From: Candidatus Kuenenia stuttgartensis
GTDB taxonomy: Bacteria; Planctomycetota; Planctomycetia; Pirellulales; UBA1268
DNA: 64,000 bases
Direction: 5' to 3'
Assembly: GCA_945883745.1 (NCBI GenBank)
Contig: CAMCYH010000002.1
Coordinates: 1,508-65,507 of the forward strand
In this document: positions 50,557-59,419 of the stretch, one piece after another
Numbering within the stretch: the first letter of the stretch is position 1
Layout: every line of letters starts with the position of its first letter
Position numbers and translations under genes: made by a program
Notes under the pieces: generated by a model
Told to the model about the DNA's origin: nothing
Databases searched by the model: none
The model's input: only the letters and a program-made list of their open reading frames with translations

Positions 50557-52122
50557 ATGCACTCCATCTGGCTGGTCATCGGCATTGTTGCTGTGGCGAT
50601 CGCAGCGGGTCTGGCGCTTATCGTGCGGACGCGCTGGCTGCAGTCCCATACGCTTGCCAAGTGTGTGCTCCTCTCCGTCGGGCTGCACCTACTGCTGGCC
50701 GTCGCCTGCGGCCTGCTGGCCGGGTTCATGCCGGCGTCGTGGGGTCAGAACGACGAAGGTCGCATGACGATGCTCATGGTCGCGCCTTCGGAGGAGGACG
50801 ATGCCGACGAGCAATTCGAGGGCCAGGCACCCGGTGCGCGGTCATCGCGTGCGACACCGCCGGCCGATGTGACCGCCCCTGACGTGATTCGCTCGGCCGA
50901 GAAGACGCCGGCTGACGTGCCCGCGGCGGAAGGGGTCCCTGACAATGTCGTCCCGCTGCTGGAGGCTGTTGTCGAGGAGGCGAGTGCTGTGCCGGCGGAC
51001 GTCAAGCCTCAGCACGTGGTGCCCGCCGCCTACGCCGATCGCGGGCCGGCCAGACGGGCAGCCGCCGCAGTCGCTCGGGGGGGGTCAGAGGCGACCGAGC
51101 AGGCCGTTCGGCGGGCGCTCGTGTGGCTGGCGATGAATCAGTCGGCCGACGGTCGCTGGGAGGTGGCTCGGCATGGTGGCGGCCGGGGCCACTCGGGGCT
51201 GCACCGCAACCAGGCGACCGGTGTCGGGTGTGACCATGGCGTGACAGGGCTGGCACTTTTGGCATTTCTCGGCGCTGGCACGACGCATACCGACGGCACG
51301 CATGCCGACTGTGTGGCGCAGGGCATACGGTTTCTTGTCGATCGCCAACGAGCCGATGGATCGCTCGCTGGCGACGCCGAGTTTTTTGCTGCCCTTTACT
51401 GCCATGGGATGGCCGGAATCGCTTTGGCCGAGTGCGCGGCGATGACGGGTGATCCGGCGCTGCAAGGTCCGCTCGAGCGGGCTGTCGGCTACACGCTCGC
51501 GATGCAACATCCCACCACCGGCGGCTGGCGATACGCTGCTGGCGACAAGGGCGACACGAGCCAACTCGGCTGGCAGGTCATGCTGCTCGAGGCCGCCGCT
51601 CAAGCTGGAGTCGAAGCCGGACCTGGAAGCGGCATCGACCAGGCCCGCCAGCGTGCCCGCGGGTTTCTCCAGAGTGTCTCCTCCGGGAGAGCGGGCGGCC
51701 TGGCAGCGTATCGCGCCGGTGAGCGGCCGACGATGCCGATGACCGCCGAGGCTCTCTTCTGTCGAATGCTGCTCGGGGCGGCGCCGGATCACCCGAGCGT
51801 CAGTGAGGCGGTGGGCGTGATCGCCGGGTCGCTTCCCGACCCGGCGCAGCCAAATGTCTATGCTTGGTACTACGCGACTGCTGCGTCATTTCATACGGGT
51901 GGCCCGCAGTGGGAGATCTGGAATAGTCGGCTGCGAGCGACCGTCCTCACGCTGCAGCGGAAGGACGGCGGGAGTCTCGAGGGCAGTTGGGATCCCGATC
52001 CCTTGTGGGGCGGGCACGGCGGTCGCGTGTATGCGACGGCCATGGCGGCGCTCACGCTCGAGGTTTACTACCGCTACGCCCCCCTCCACGGCGAGGCGAT
52101 GCATGTGGCCAAAAACCACTGA
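50557..52122 (+). CDS. Membrane-anchored protein: TM region + acidic/Pro-rich linker + prenyltransferase/squalene-cyclase-like alpha/alpha-toroid repeats
   Basis: N-terminal TM helices and a linker rich in P, A, D, E and V. Repeats carry QSADGRWEV, QRADGSLAG, HPTTGGWRY and RKDGGSLEGSWD motifs, reminiscent of terpene cyclase/prenyltransferase repeats. GAGGAA SD before the ATG at 50557. Confidence 0.72.
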   Translation: MHSIWLVIGIVAVAIAAGLALIVRTRWLQSHTLAKCVLLSVGLHLLLAVACGLLAGFMPASWGQNDEGRMTMLMVAPSEEDDADEQFEGQAPGARSSRATPPADVTAPDVIRSAEKTPADVPAAEGVPDNVVPLLEAVVEEASAVPADVKPQHVVPAAYADRGPARRAAAAVARGGSEATEQAVRRALVWLAMNQSADGRWEVARHGGGRGHSGLHRNQATGVGCDHGVTGLALLAFLGAGTTHTDGTHADCVAQGIRFLVDRQRADGSLAGDAEFFAALYCHGMAGIALAECAAMTGDPALQGPLERAVGYTLAMQHPTTGGWRYAAGDKGDTSQLGWQVMLLEAAAQAGVEAGPGSGIDQARQRARGFLQSVSSGRAGGLAAYRAGERPTMPMTAEALFCRMLLGAAPDHPSVSEAVGVIAGSLPDPAQPNVYAWYYATAASFHTGGPQWEIWNSRLRATVLTLQRKDGGSLEGSWDPDPLWGGHGGRVYATAMAALTLEVYYRYAPLHGEAMHVAKNH

Positions 52123-52225
52123 AACGCGAGTGCGTGCTCGGCGCAGGAGTTTGACCCTCTCGAGGGCGAATGTAGACTTGAGGTGAGTTGAGGAAGCCCG
52201 ACAGCATTTGCAGGAGACCCTCCCC

Positions 52226-52459
52226 GTGCATCAAGCGTTTGTTCCCCTGATGGCGTTCATGGGCCTCGGTACCGTGGAACTCCTGGTGGTGGGTGGTGTG
52301 GTCCTTCTGCTGTTTGGATCGCGACTGCCCAAGGTGATGCGGTCGCTCGGTCAGGGCATCGTCGAATTCAAGCGGGGTGTGCAGGGCATCGAAGACGACA
52401 CCCATGCCTCGTCGTCTCGCAACGCCGACCACGCTGATCATGCTGCGGGCAACGGCTGA
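52226..52459 (+). CDS. tatA: TatA/E-family twin-arginine translocase subunit
   Basis: GLGTVELLVVGGVVLLLFGSRLPKVMRSLGQGIVEFKRG is a TatA TM plus amphipathic helix. Start ambiguous (GTG 52226, ATG 52250 or ATG 52259). Confidence 0.78.
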   Translation: MHQAFVPLMAFMGLGTVELLVVGGVVLLLFGSRLPKVMRSLGQGIVEFKRGVQGIEDDTHASSSRNADHADHAAGNG

Positions 52460-52485
52460 GACCTGCGGTCACAGGAGGCTGCATC

Positions 52486-52782
52486 ATGTTTGGCTTGGGT
52501 CCCGTGGAAATCTGCATGATCGGGGCGGTTGCCGTAATGCTATATGGCAAACGGCTTCCTGAGGTTGGCCGGTCGGTGGGGGCGAGCATTGCCGAGTTGC
52601 GCCGCCATTGGTCGACACTCTCGCAGGAACTCGACGTGGCGGCACACATTGATGGCCGCGTCGGTGACCCGCGTCCGGCCAAGCGGCGGCTTGCCGGCGG
52701 CGACGCCATCGACCGTGTGGAGGCCTCGCACGTGGCGACACCACGGTTTGATCCGCCCGTGAATGCCGGTGGTGAGGGCTGA
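52486..52782 (+). CDS. Second TatA/TatB-like subunit
   Basis: MFGLGPVEICMIGAVAVMLYGKRLPEVGRSVGASIAELRR. CAGGAGG SD. Confidence 0.78.
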   Translation: MFGLGPVEICMIGAVAVMLYGKRLPEVGRSVGASIAELRRHWSTLSQELDVAAHIDGRVGDPRPAKRRLAGGDAIDRVEASHVATPRFDPPVNAGGEG

Positions 52783-52871
52783 GCACGGGAGCGCGAGAAT
52801 TGGCGTACGGCGGCAGGATTTTCGCCGATGCGTGACGAACGCCATGACGTGCGTTAAATTCGGTAGCTGAA

Positions 52872-52945
52872 GGGCAGCTAGCTCAGTTGGTTAGAGCGCC
52901 ACGTTCACACCGTGGAGGTCACAGGTTCGAATCCTGTGCTGCCCA
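52872..52945 (+). tRNA. tRNA-Val (anticodon CAC)
   Basis: GGGCAGC-UA-GCUC AGUUGGUUA GAGC-G-CCACG UUCACAC CGUGG-AGGUC-ACAGG UUCGAAU CCUGU-GCUGCCC-A. Confidence 0.93.
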
Positions 52946-53061
52946 TTTGCCGGTTTTCTGAAACCGGTGTGAGTGGTGAGGCCGCCCACGGCCACCGTGG
53001 TTTGCTGGGTCGGTTGCTCGTGACCACGGGCGACGCGTAATACGTCCGCCTTTTGAATCGA

Positions 53062-53082
53062 CGTGTTGCAAAATGCAACGCG
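53062..53082. promoter_or_regulatory. Palindrome, candidate enhancer-binding-protein site
   Basis: CGTGTTGCA-AAA-TGCAACGCG has 9-bp arms with one G-T pair. It is centred about 96 bp upstream of the sigma-54-like -24 GG at 53168. Confidence 0.25.
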
Positions 53083-53166
53083 AGCCAACCTTCCTGCGAT
53101 CGCTGCGTCGCAGACTGAAACCTCCCTGGCGAGGGGAAAACGGACATTTCAGATTTTGACACGTTT

Positions 53167-53182
53167 TGGCACGCGGGCTGCT
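53167..53182 (+). promoter_or_regulatory. Sigma-54 (-24/-12)-like promoter candidate
   Basis: TGGCACGCGGGCTGCT compared with the consensus TGGCACG-N4-TTGCW. The GG and GC dinucleotides have exact spacing, with one mismatch in the -12 box. It lies 61 nt upstream of the ATG at 53243. Confidence 0.3.
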
Positions 53183-53242
53183 GTCCATCTCCTGGGTCGT
53201 TCGATTCATTCCCGATACCTGTCCGACGCAGGGAGAGATGCC

Positions 53243-53794
53243 ATGGCCACGGTTGACTGCTTGCATGACGGCGATTGTGAGATCGATGATCTGCCGGAAG
53301 GGTTTGTTCGGCCGTGCGGTGGACGCACTTCCCAGCAGACTCAGCGGCGGTGGCTCCACCGCGTTGCAGCAGTTCGGCAGCAGCAGCAGGTTTCCTTGCG
53401 CAGCGTTGCGCGGCGGCTGCAGCTCTCGATCGCCGAAGTTCGCCGCCAAGAGCAGGCAGACAGCGATCTGACGGTGTCGCAACTCCTTCGCTGGCAGCAG
53501 GTTTTGAATGTGCCTATGGCCGAACTGCTGGTCGAGGCGGACGGGCAGTTGGCGGGGCCCGTGCTGGAACGCTCACGTATGGTGAAGCTGATGAAAACCG
53601 CGGCGGCAATCCGGGAACAAACCCGGGCCACCCCTACGGCGAGGCTTGTGGCCATGCTGATCGAGCAGCTGGTGGAACTCATGCCCGAGGTCGAAGGCGT
53701 GACCCCCTGGCCGGAATCAGGGCAGCCTCGCCGCCTGGATGACCTGGGCCGTACGGGCCGCTTTCCGGTCCCAGATGAGGTTTTCCGGCCGTAA
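53243..53794 (+). CDS. XRE-like helix-turn-helix domain protein
   Basis: GGGAGAG SD 5 nt upstream. Contains VSLRSVARRLQLSIAEVRRQE...LTVSQLLRWQQVL, which resembles a Cro/C1-type HTH. Confidence 0.55.
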   Translation: MATVDCLHDGDCEIDDLPEGFVRPCGGRTSQQTQRRWLHRVAAVRQQQQVSLRSVARRLQLSIAEVRRQEQADSDLTVSQLLRWQQVLNVPMAELLVEADGQLAGPVLERSRMVKLMKTAAAIREQTRATPTARLVAMLIEQLVELMPEVEGVTPWPESGQPRRLDDLGRTGRFPVPDEVFRP

Positions 53795-54034
53795 AACGGC
53801 CGGCTACCTGTGATTTCGGTGCCGCTTTGGCCCCCGGGCACTTGGTCGCTTGCCTTTACATTCTTGCGGCTGACGCCGTTGTAGGCATTTGCCGAACGTG
53901 GTAGCCTTCCGATAGTCCGACTGACTATTCGTCTGCACCCTCCGGTTCGATCGGGAGTTGCGGTTCGTGCGTCCGGCGATGGTCGATGAGTCGATTGGGT
54001 TTGGTTCAGCTCCCGAGAACTGAGGTTTCTGTTT

Positions 54035-54418
54035 ATGTCCCGGAAGATTTACGTGGGGAACCTGCCTTGGTCCACCACGTCTGCTGATCTCGAGGCAATG
54101 TTTTCTCCGCACGGCGCGGTGCGGAGTGCCGAGGTGATCTCCGATCGTGAGACCGGACGTTCCCGTGGTTTCGGTTTCGTGGAGATGGAAACGGACGAAG
54201 GCCTGCAGGCGGCCATCTCCGCGCTCAACGGTCACGAGATCAATGGTCGCCCGCTGACGGTCAACGAGGCCCGCGAGCGGACGCCGCGTCCAGGTGGCGG
54301 CGGCGGTGGCGGCGGTGGTCGTGGTGGCTACGGTGGCGGTGGTGGTGGTGGCGGTCGTGGTGGCTACGGCGGCGGTGGCGGCCGTGGTGGCTACGGCGGC
54401 GGCGGCGATCGGTACTAG
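54035..54418 (+). CDS. RRM-type glycine-rich RNA-binding protein
   Basis: RNP2 (IYVGNL) and RNP1 (RGFGFVEM) motifs, plus a C-terminal (G)nRGGYGGGG x3 tail. Confidence 0.92.
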   Translation: MSRKIYVGNLPWSTTSADLEAMFSPHGAVRSAEVISDRETGRSRGFGFVEMETDEGLQAAISALNGHEINGRPLTVNEARERTPRPGGGGGGGGGRGGYGGGGGGGGRGGYGGGGGRGGYGGGGDRY

Positions 54419-54469
54419 GATCCGTCCTTGGCAAAAGTCATTCGTGACATTGCCACGTGCTGTTCAACA

Positions 54470-54512
54470 TCACGGGAGCCGGTGGCTTGAGCCCCGGCTC
54501 CCGTGAGCTTTT
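54470..54512 (+). terminator. Intrinsic terminator after the RRM gene
   Basis: A 13-bp stem, TCACGGGAGCCGG (54470-54482) with CCGGCTCCCGTGA (54494-54506), followed by GCTTTT. Confidence 0.78.
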
Positions 54513-54613
54513 CAATCGGCCGCTCTTGCATTCATGTGAAAATCGTTCATTCTGTTGTTCCTTAAAGCAATCAAGACAGTCTTCACACCCATCCCGCACA
54601 CCGAATCGACTTC

Positions 54614-54892
54614 ATGAGCCCTCCCCCAGCCAAGTTTGCCAAGTTTGCTCGCAAGAAAGCCAAGCCGCGCACAAAAGTGAAGCGGAAAGACCCGATCTAC
54701 ATCGACGGGGTGCGTCCGCGTCCGATGTACGTCGATTACAAGGATCTCGAGTTGCTGGGCAAACTGGTGAATCGGCAGGCCAAGATCATTGGCCGTCGCA
54801 AGAGTGGCTGCACGGCGGCCAGTCAGCATGCGGTTACCAGTGCCATTAAGCGAGCCCGCTTCATGGCGTTGCTACCGTACGTTGGAGAGTAG
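54614..54892 (+). CDS. rpsR: 30S ribosomal protein S18
   Basis: YVDYKDLELLGKLVNRQAKIIGRRKSGCTAASQHAVTSAIKRARFMALLPYV is canonical S18. Confidence 0.92.
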   Translation: MSPPPAKFAKFARKKAKPRTKVKRKDPIYIDGVRPRPMYVDYKDLELLGKLVNRQAKIIGRRKSGCTAASQHAVTSAIKRARFMALLPYVGE

Positions 54893-54918
54893 TCTCCTCC
54901 GCTTACCAGGCGCCCCTC

Positions 54919-55371
54919 GTGACCACTCCCGCCCCTGAGTCTCGCCACGCCGGGGGGCCGCTGCTGACGAAGCGGCGGGTCGAGTTTCGGGATACGGATG
55001 CCGCGGGGATCGTTCACTTCTCGGCGTTTTTCTTCTGGATGGAGTCGGCGGAGCATGAGCTCCTGCGGGCCGCGGATGTTTCTGTCGTCGACCGTCTGCC
55101 AGACGGTGTCGATGCCAGTTGGCCCCGGGTCTCGGTCTCCTGTGACTATGTGTCGGCCGTTCGCTTTGGTGACGAGGTGGCGATCGCGGTCGCGGTCGCC
55201 GAGATCGGTCGCACAAGCATCACCTATTCTTTCCAGTTTGAGCAGGCTGGTCGCCTCGTAGCGAAGGGTCGCGTGGTGGCCGTTCGTTGTCTCATGCATT
55301 CGGGACGAAAGCCCGAGGCGGTGTTGATCCCTCACGACATCATTTCCCGACTCGAGCCCTTCCGCGGATGA
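54919..55371 (+). CDS. 4HBT/YbgC-like hotdog-fold acyl-CoA thioesterase
   Basis: VEFRDTDAAGIVHFSAFFFWMESAEHELL is a 4HBT-type catalytic Asp context. GTG start at 54919 (uncertain). Confidence 0.82.
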   Translation: MTTPAPESRHAGGPLLTKRRVEFRDTDAAGIVHFSAFFFWMESAEHELLRAADVSVVDRLPDGVDASWPRVSVSCDYVSAVRFGDEVAIAVAVAEIGRTSITYSFQFEQAGRLVAKGRVVAVRCLMHSGRKPEAVLIPHDIISRLEPFRG

Positions 55372-56093
55372 TCAGCGGGGAGTTTGCGGTGCTTGAAGTC
55401 GAACACCTCGTCAAAGCGTATCCATCGCCCGCGGGGCCGCCGCTATCGGTTCTTCAAGACGTGTCGCTTCGCATGGAGTCGGGGCAGCGACTGGTCGTGA
55501 TGGGGCCGAGCGGCTCCGGCAAGAGCACGCTCCTGTCGATCATCGGCACCCTCGAAGAGCCGTCGGCCGGCAGCGTCCGTCTCGATGGCATTGATCCGTT
55601 CGCGGTGTCGCTTGCCGAAAGGGCGGCATTTCGGAACCGACGAATCGGGTTCGTATTTCAGGAGCATCACCTGATGGCGGGCTGTTCGGCGATCGATAAT
55701 GTCGTGCTGCCGGCTCTCGCCACTGGTCGGGTCACGGACGAAATCGAGGCCCGTGGGCGGCGGTTGCTCGAGCGCGTTGGGCTGGCGGACCGAGCCGATC
55801 ATCCGCCCGCTCGCCTTTCCGGTGGCGAACGGCAGCGGGTGGCAATCGCCCGCGGCCTCATCCATGCCCCGCGACTGATCCTTGCCGATGAACCAACCGG
55901 TCAGTTGGATGCGCACGCGGCGGCGGCTGTCGCCGATCTGCTCGTGGAGTTGGCCGCCGAGACCGCTTCGATGCTTGTCGTCGTGACACACGCCACGTCG
56001 ATCGCCGATCGGGTCGTCGCCGGAGGAGGCGCTGTGCAGCATCTGGTCAATGGCCAGCTCCAGCCACCGACATTGCAGGCAACGCGTCCATGA
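55368..56093 (+). CDS. ABC transporter ATP-binding protein (LolD/MacB-type)
   Basis: Walker [10 protein letters not shown], signature [15 protein letters not shown] and Walker [13 protein letters not shown]. Its ATG overlaps the thioesterase TGA. Confidence 0.92.
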   Translation: MISGEFAVLEVEHLVKAYPSPAGPPLSVLQDVSLRMESGQRLVVMGPSGSGKSTLLSIIGTLEEPSAGSVRLDGIDPFAVSLAERAAFRNRRIGFVFQEHHLMAGCSAIDNVVLPALATGRVTDEIEARGRRLLERVGLADRADHPPARLSGGERQRVAIARGLIHAPRLILADEPTGQLDAHAAAAVADLLVELAAETASMLVVVTHATSIADRVVAGGGAVQHLVNGQLQPPTLQATRP

Positions 56094-59000
56094 GTGGCAC
56101 GGCTGCGGTTCGTTCGCTCGTTGGCTTGGCCGGTCGGTCTGCTCGCCAGTGGTGGCCTCAGGTGGCCACGCTGGCGGCGGCCAGCGGGATCGTCACGGCC
56201 ACGATCGCCGGCGCTCTTGGCGTGGGAGACGCGATGCATCGTGGCCTGCTGCATGTGGCCCACGCCCGCCTGGGGCGGATCGACGCGGCTGTGATCGCCG
56301 ATCAGCCGTTTCGCGCGGACCTCGCTCGTGAACTGGCCGCCTGCCTGGCGACAGGCCCTGCTCAACCGGTCGTGGTCCCGGCCCTGATCCTGGAAATCGC
56401 CGTCGAATCGCCCCCCTCTGGTCCACGAGGCCGAGTCGCTGCCCGGGCCACGCTCTTGGCCTGCGACGATCCTGCCACGCTCGGCTTCGCCTCGCCGCCA
56501 CCGCTGGCAGCCGACGAGGTGGCGATCAACGCAACACTTGCCGAGGCCTTGGGTGTGAACGGCGGGGAGCCGCTCGTGCTGCGGCTGGCGGTGCGGTCTG
56601 ACGTGCCGGCCGACAGTCCACTGGGTAGACGATCGATGGAATCGATGAGCCGTCGACTGCGGCTGGCCGCCGTGCTGCCCCGCGGCAGTCTCGGCGACTT
56701 TTCGCTCCAGCCCGCGCAGGTCACGAGCGGACTGGTCGTGACATCGCTCGCCGTCGCCCAGTCGATCCTGCGCGAAGAGCAGGCCGCCAACGCCCTGCTC
56801 TGTGTGTCGCCGACCGCAGCCCGAGCCGCTGCCAATGACGCACTGGCCCTGCGGGTGGCGGACTGTCTCAGGCCGCAGCTGGCTGATTACGGGCTCGCGG
56901 TTGCCCGTGTTGCCGCGACGGACGAGTCGCCCGGCGCGCTGCGGCTCGTGAGCCGCCGTCTCGTACTCGATCGCCCGATCGATCGGGCGGCTGCCGCCGT
57001 GCTCGGCCCACGCGGTGGTCGACCGTCGCTGGTTTTTCTCGCCAACACGTTGCAGCCGGTGGGACGCAAGGCCTCCATTCCCTACTCCACCATCGTTGGC
57101 CTCGACTCCACGACTCACCCCGCGGGCACCCTCGTTGATGATGACGATCATCTGCTCCCGCTGCCTGGTGCCGACGAGATCATCATCGATCGTTGGATGG
57201 CCGAGGATCTGGCGGCCCAGGGCAGTCCGGTCGCCATTGGCGACATGCTGGACATCACGACGTTCCTGCCCGAGACACTCCACGGCCGCGTCGAGGAGGC
57301 GACGCACCGACTTCGAATCAGCGGAATCACCGCGATGCGGGGAGCCGCCGTGGCGCGGAGCCTCGTTCCAGAAGTCGAGGGCGTGACCGACGAGCAGTCG
57401 ATCGCCGATTGGGATCCCCCCTTCCCCTTTGATCGACGTCGCGTCCGCACCACGCCCCCCGAAGACCAGGACGATCGCTACTGGAAGGAGTATGGCGCCG
57501 CACCGAAGGCGTTCGTGTCGTTGGCCACCGCCCGGGCGATCGCGGGCAGCCGATTCGGTGAGACGACCGCCTGGCACGTGCCCACCGCAGCCGTCGAGAA
57601 TGATGAATCGCTGCGGCTCGAACTCGCGGCGGCCTTGCAGCCAGAATCGCTCGGATTTCGCATCCTGCCGCTGGCGGCGCGCGCGGAGGCCGCGGCCCGC
57701 GGTTCGACGCCCTTCGGTGCACTCTTCATCGGGCTGTCGCTGGTCGTGGTAGCCGCCGGCCTCCTGTTGGAGTGGCTGCTCTTTCATCTGCTCGTGTCAG
57801 CCCATCGCCGCGAGGCTGGCATGCTTGTTGCGATTGGCTGGCCGGCCCGTCGCCTGGCCCATCTTCTTCTCATGGTGGGGGCCATTGCCGTCATGGGGGG
57901 TGGAATCCTCGGGCTGATCGTGGCGCCGATCTGGTCGGCTGCGCTCTTGGCATGGCTGGGGCAGTCGTGGGACGCGGCCGTGGCAACCGGCTCACGGCAG
58001 GTATTCGGCGCAGCGGTGCCGCGGCTGGCGGCGATGTGGCCGGGGATGGTGGCGGCGGCGGCTGTCTCACTGGTGGCGGTCTGGTGGGCAGCGCGGCGGG
58101 CGGCGGGAGCAGAGCCGTTGCCCTTGTTGCGTGGCGAACCGCCACGGCACTGGCAGGGGCGGGTGCGGGCCCACTCCGTCATTTGTTCGCTGGGGCAGCT
58201 GGCCCGTCGTGGCCTGGCATACCGTCGATCGCGAACCATCTCCGTGATCGCGATCGTGGCTCTCGCGGAGTTTCTGATTGTTGTCGTGTCGGCCTTCGCC
58301 TTGCGGCCGGCCGAGCGGGCCGGTGACCGCGGGTCGCCCACCGGAGGTTGGACCCACATCGCCTCGTTCGGAGAGCCCAACGGGATCGATCCGTCTGATC
58401 CGGAGGTGGCGGCCATGCTCGGCCTCAGCGATCCGGAGCGGGACCTGCTCGCCGAGTGCCCGATCGAACGCATCCGCTCCAACGGCGGTGATGATGCCAG
58501 TTGCACGAACCTCTACGCCGCCACACAACCGACCGTCTTCGGGGTGGGGCCGGCGTTTGTGCGACGAGGCGGCTTCCGCTTTGTCGGCCATGAATCGCTC
58601 GAAGCGGGGGCGAGCAATCCGTGGACGCTGCTGGAAGCGGATCCCGACCGGGATGGATCGATTCCCGCCATTCTGGATCAGGCCACCGCACAGTGGGCGC
58701 TCAAACTGGGTGGCGTCGGAGCACGGTTTACGCTGCCGACCGACGACGGTGGCAAGACGCCACCGTTGCGCATCGTGGGCCTGTTGGAGCCGGGCATCCT
58801 GCAAGGGGCGGTGATCATCTCCGAGCACAACTTCACCCGACTTCTACCGCGCCGGTCGGGCTATGCGCTGGCGCTTGTGGATGCCTCGGCGGTCCCGGCT
58901 CAGTCTCGACACGCTGTGCCCCGCGCGATCGCTGCCGCCTGGGCCGATGTCGGCGTGTCGGTGCAGTCGTCCGTCGATCGACTGCAGAGCCTGTATGCGG

Positions 59001-59380
59001 TGCAAAATACGTTTCTCTCGGGGTTTCAAATGCTCGGGAGCCTCGGCCTGCTGTTGGGCACGCTGGGCGTGGCGGCCGTCCAGATGCAGGGCGTGTTCGA
59101 GCGGCTCGGTGCGCTGGCGGTGCTCCGGTCGATCGGGTTCACGATTGGCCGCGTGCGTGGCCTGATCGTGCTGGAAACGATCATGCTGGTAGGCGCGGGG
59201 CTCGTTGTAGGGGCGGCCCTCGGCTGCCTGACATTGCTGCCGCTGCTCGTTGCCGGACAGGCGATTGTGCCCTGGGGCTGGCTGGCCGCCTCCGCCTTCC
59301 TCACGCTGGCCGCCGCCTCGGGCGCGGGCATGATCGCCGCCCGCGACAGCACGATTCCCGTGCGTCCGTCGGCTGAGTGA
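56090..59380 (+). CDS. Giant duplicated FtsX/MacB-type ABC permease (1096 aa)
   Basis: The pattern TM1, large extracytoplasmic domain, then a 3-TM FtsX bundle occurs twice (for example GMLVAIGWPARRL and AVLRSIGFTIGRV). Its ATG overlaps the ATPase TGA. Confidence 0.85.
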   Translation: MSGTAAVRSLVGLAGRSARQWWPQVATLAAASGIVTATIAGALGVGDAMHRGLLHVAHARLGRIDAAVIADQPFRADLARELAACLATGPAQPVVVPALILEIAVESPPSGPRGRVAARATLLACDDPATLGFASPPPLAADEVAINATLAEALGVNGGEPLVLRLAVRSDVPADSPLGRRSMESMSRRLRLAAVLPRGSLGDFSLQPAQVTSGLVVTSLAVAQSILREEQAANALLCVSPTAARAAANDALALRVADCLRPQLADYGLAVARVAATDESPGALRLVSRRLVLDRPIDRAAAAVLGPRGGRPSLVFLANTLQPVGRKASIPYSTIVGLDSTTHPAGTLVDDDDHLLPLPGADEIIIDRWMAEDLAAQGSPVAIGDMLDITTFLPETLHGRVEEATHRLRISGITAMRGAAVARSLVPEVEGVTDEQSIADWDPPFPFDRRRVRTTPPEDQDDRYWKEYGAAPKAFVSLATARAIAGSRFGETTAWHVPTAAVENDESLRLELAAALQPESLGFRILPLAARAEAAARGSTPFGALFIGLSLVVVAAGLLLEWLLFHLLVSAHRREAGMLVAIGWPARRLAHLLLMVGAIAVMGGGILGLIVAPIWSAALLAWLGQSWDAAVATGSRQVFGAAVPRLAAMWPGMVAAAAVSLVAVWWAARRAAGAEPLPLLRGEPPRHWQGRVRAHSVICSLGQLARRGLAYRRSRTISVIAIVALAEFLIVVVSAFALRPAERAGDRGSPTGGWTHIASFGEPNGIDPSDPEVAAMLGLSDPERDLLAECPIERIRSNGGDDASCTNLYAATQPTVFGVGPAFVRRGGFRFVGHESLEAGASNPWTLLEADPDRDGSIPAILDQATAQWALKLGGVGARFTLPTDDGGKTPPLRIVGLLEPGILQGAVIISEHNFTRLLPRRSGYALALVDASAVPAQSRHAVPRAIAAAWADVGVSVQSSVDRLQSLYAVQNTFLSGFQMLGSLGLLLGTLGVAAVQMQGVFERLGALAVLRSIGFTIGRVRGLIVLETIMLVGAGLVVGAALGCLTLLPLLVAGQAIVPWGWLAASAFLTLAAASGAGMIAARDSTIPVRPSAE

Positions 59381-59419
59381 TGGTGGGTGTTTTGCATGGC
59401 ATCTGATAGTGTTTCGCCC

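Noticed and set aside
52919-53482. 187-aa minus-strand ORF overlapping tRNA-Val and the HTH gene leader.
   Set aside because: It overlaps a well-formed tRNA and has no SD or motif. The plus-strand HTH ORF has a proper SD.
52872-53794. tRNA-Val followed by about 300 bp of non-coding DNA and an XRE-type HTH gene, considered as the edge of an integrated mobile element. The same idea was considered for tRNA-Gln at 30139.
   Set aside because: There is no integrase, recombinase or phage gene, and no direct repeat of the tRNA 3' end anywhere in the window. The flanking genes are ordinary chromosomal genes (tatA, rbp, rpsR) with apparently uniform composition.
54290-54412. GGC/GGT-rich tandem repeats, considered as a possible non-coding microsatellite or CRISPR-like array.
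   Set aside because: They are in frame within the RRM protein gene and encode its Gly/Arg/Tyr tail. There are no spacers and no repeat-spacer periodicity. No CRISPR-like array exists elsewhere in the window.
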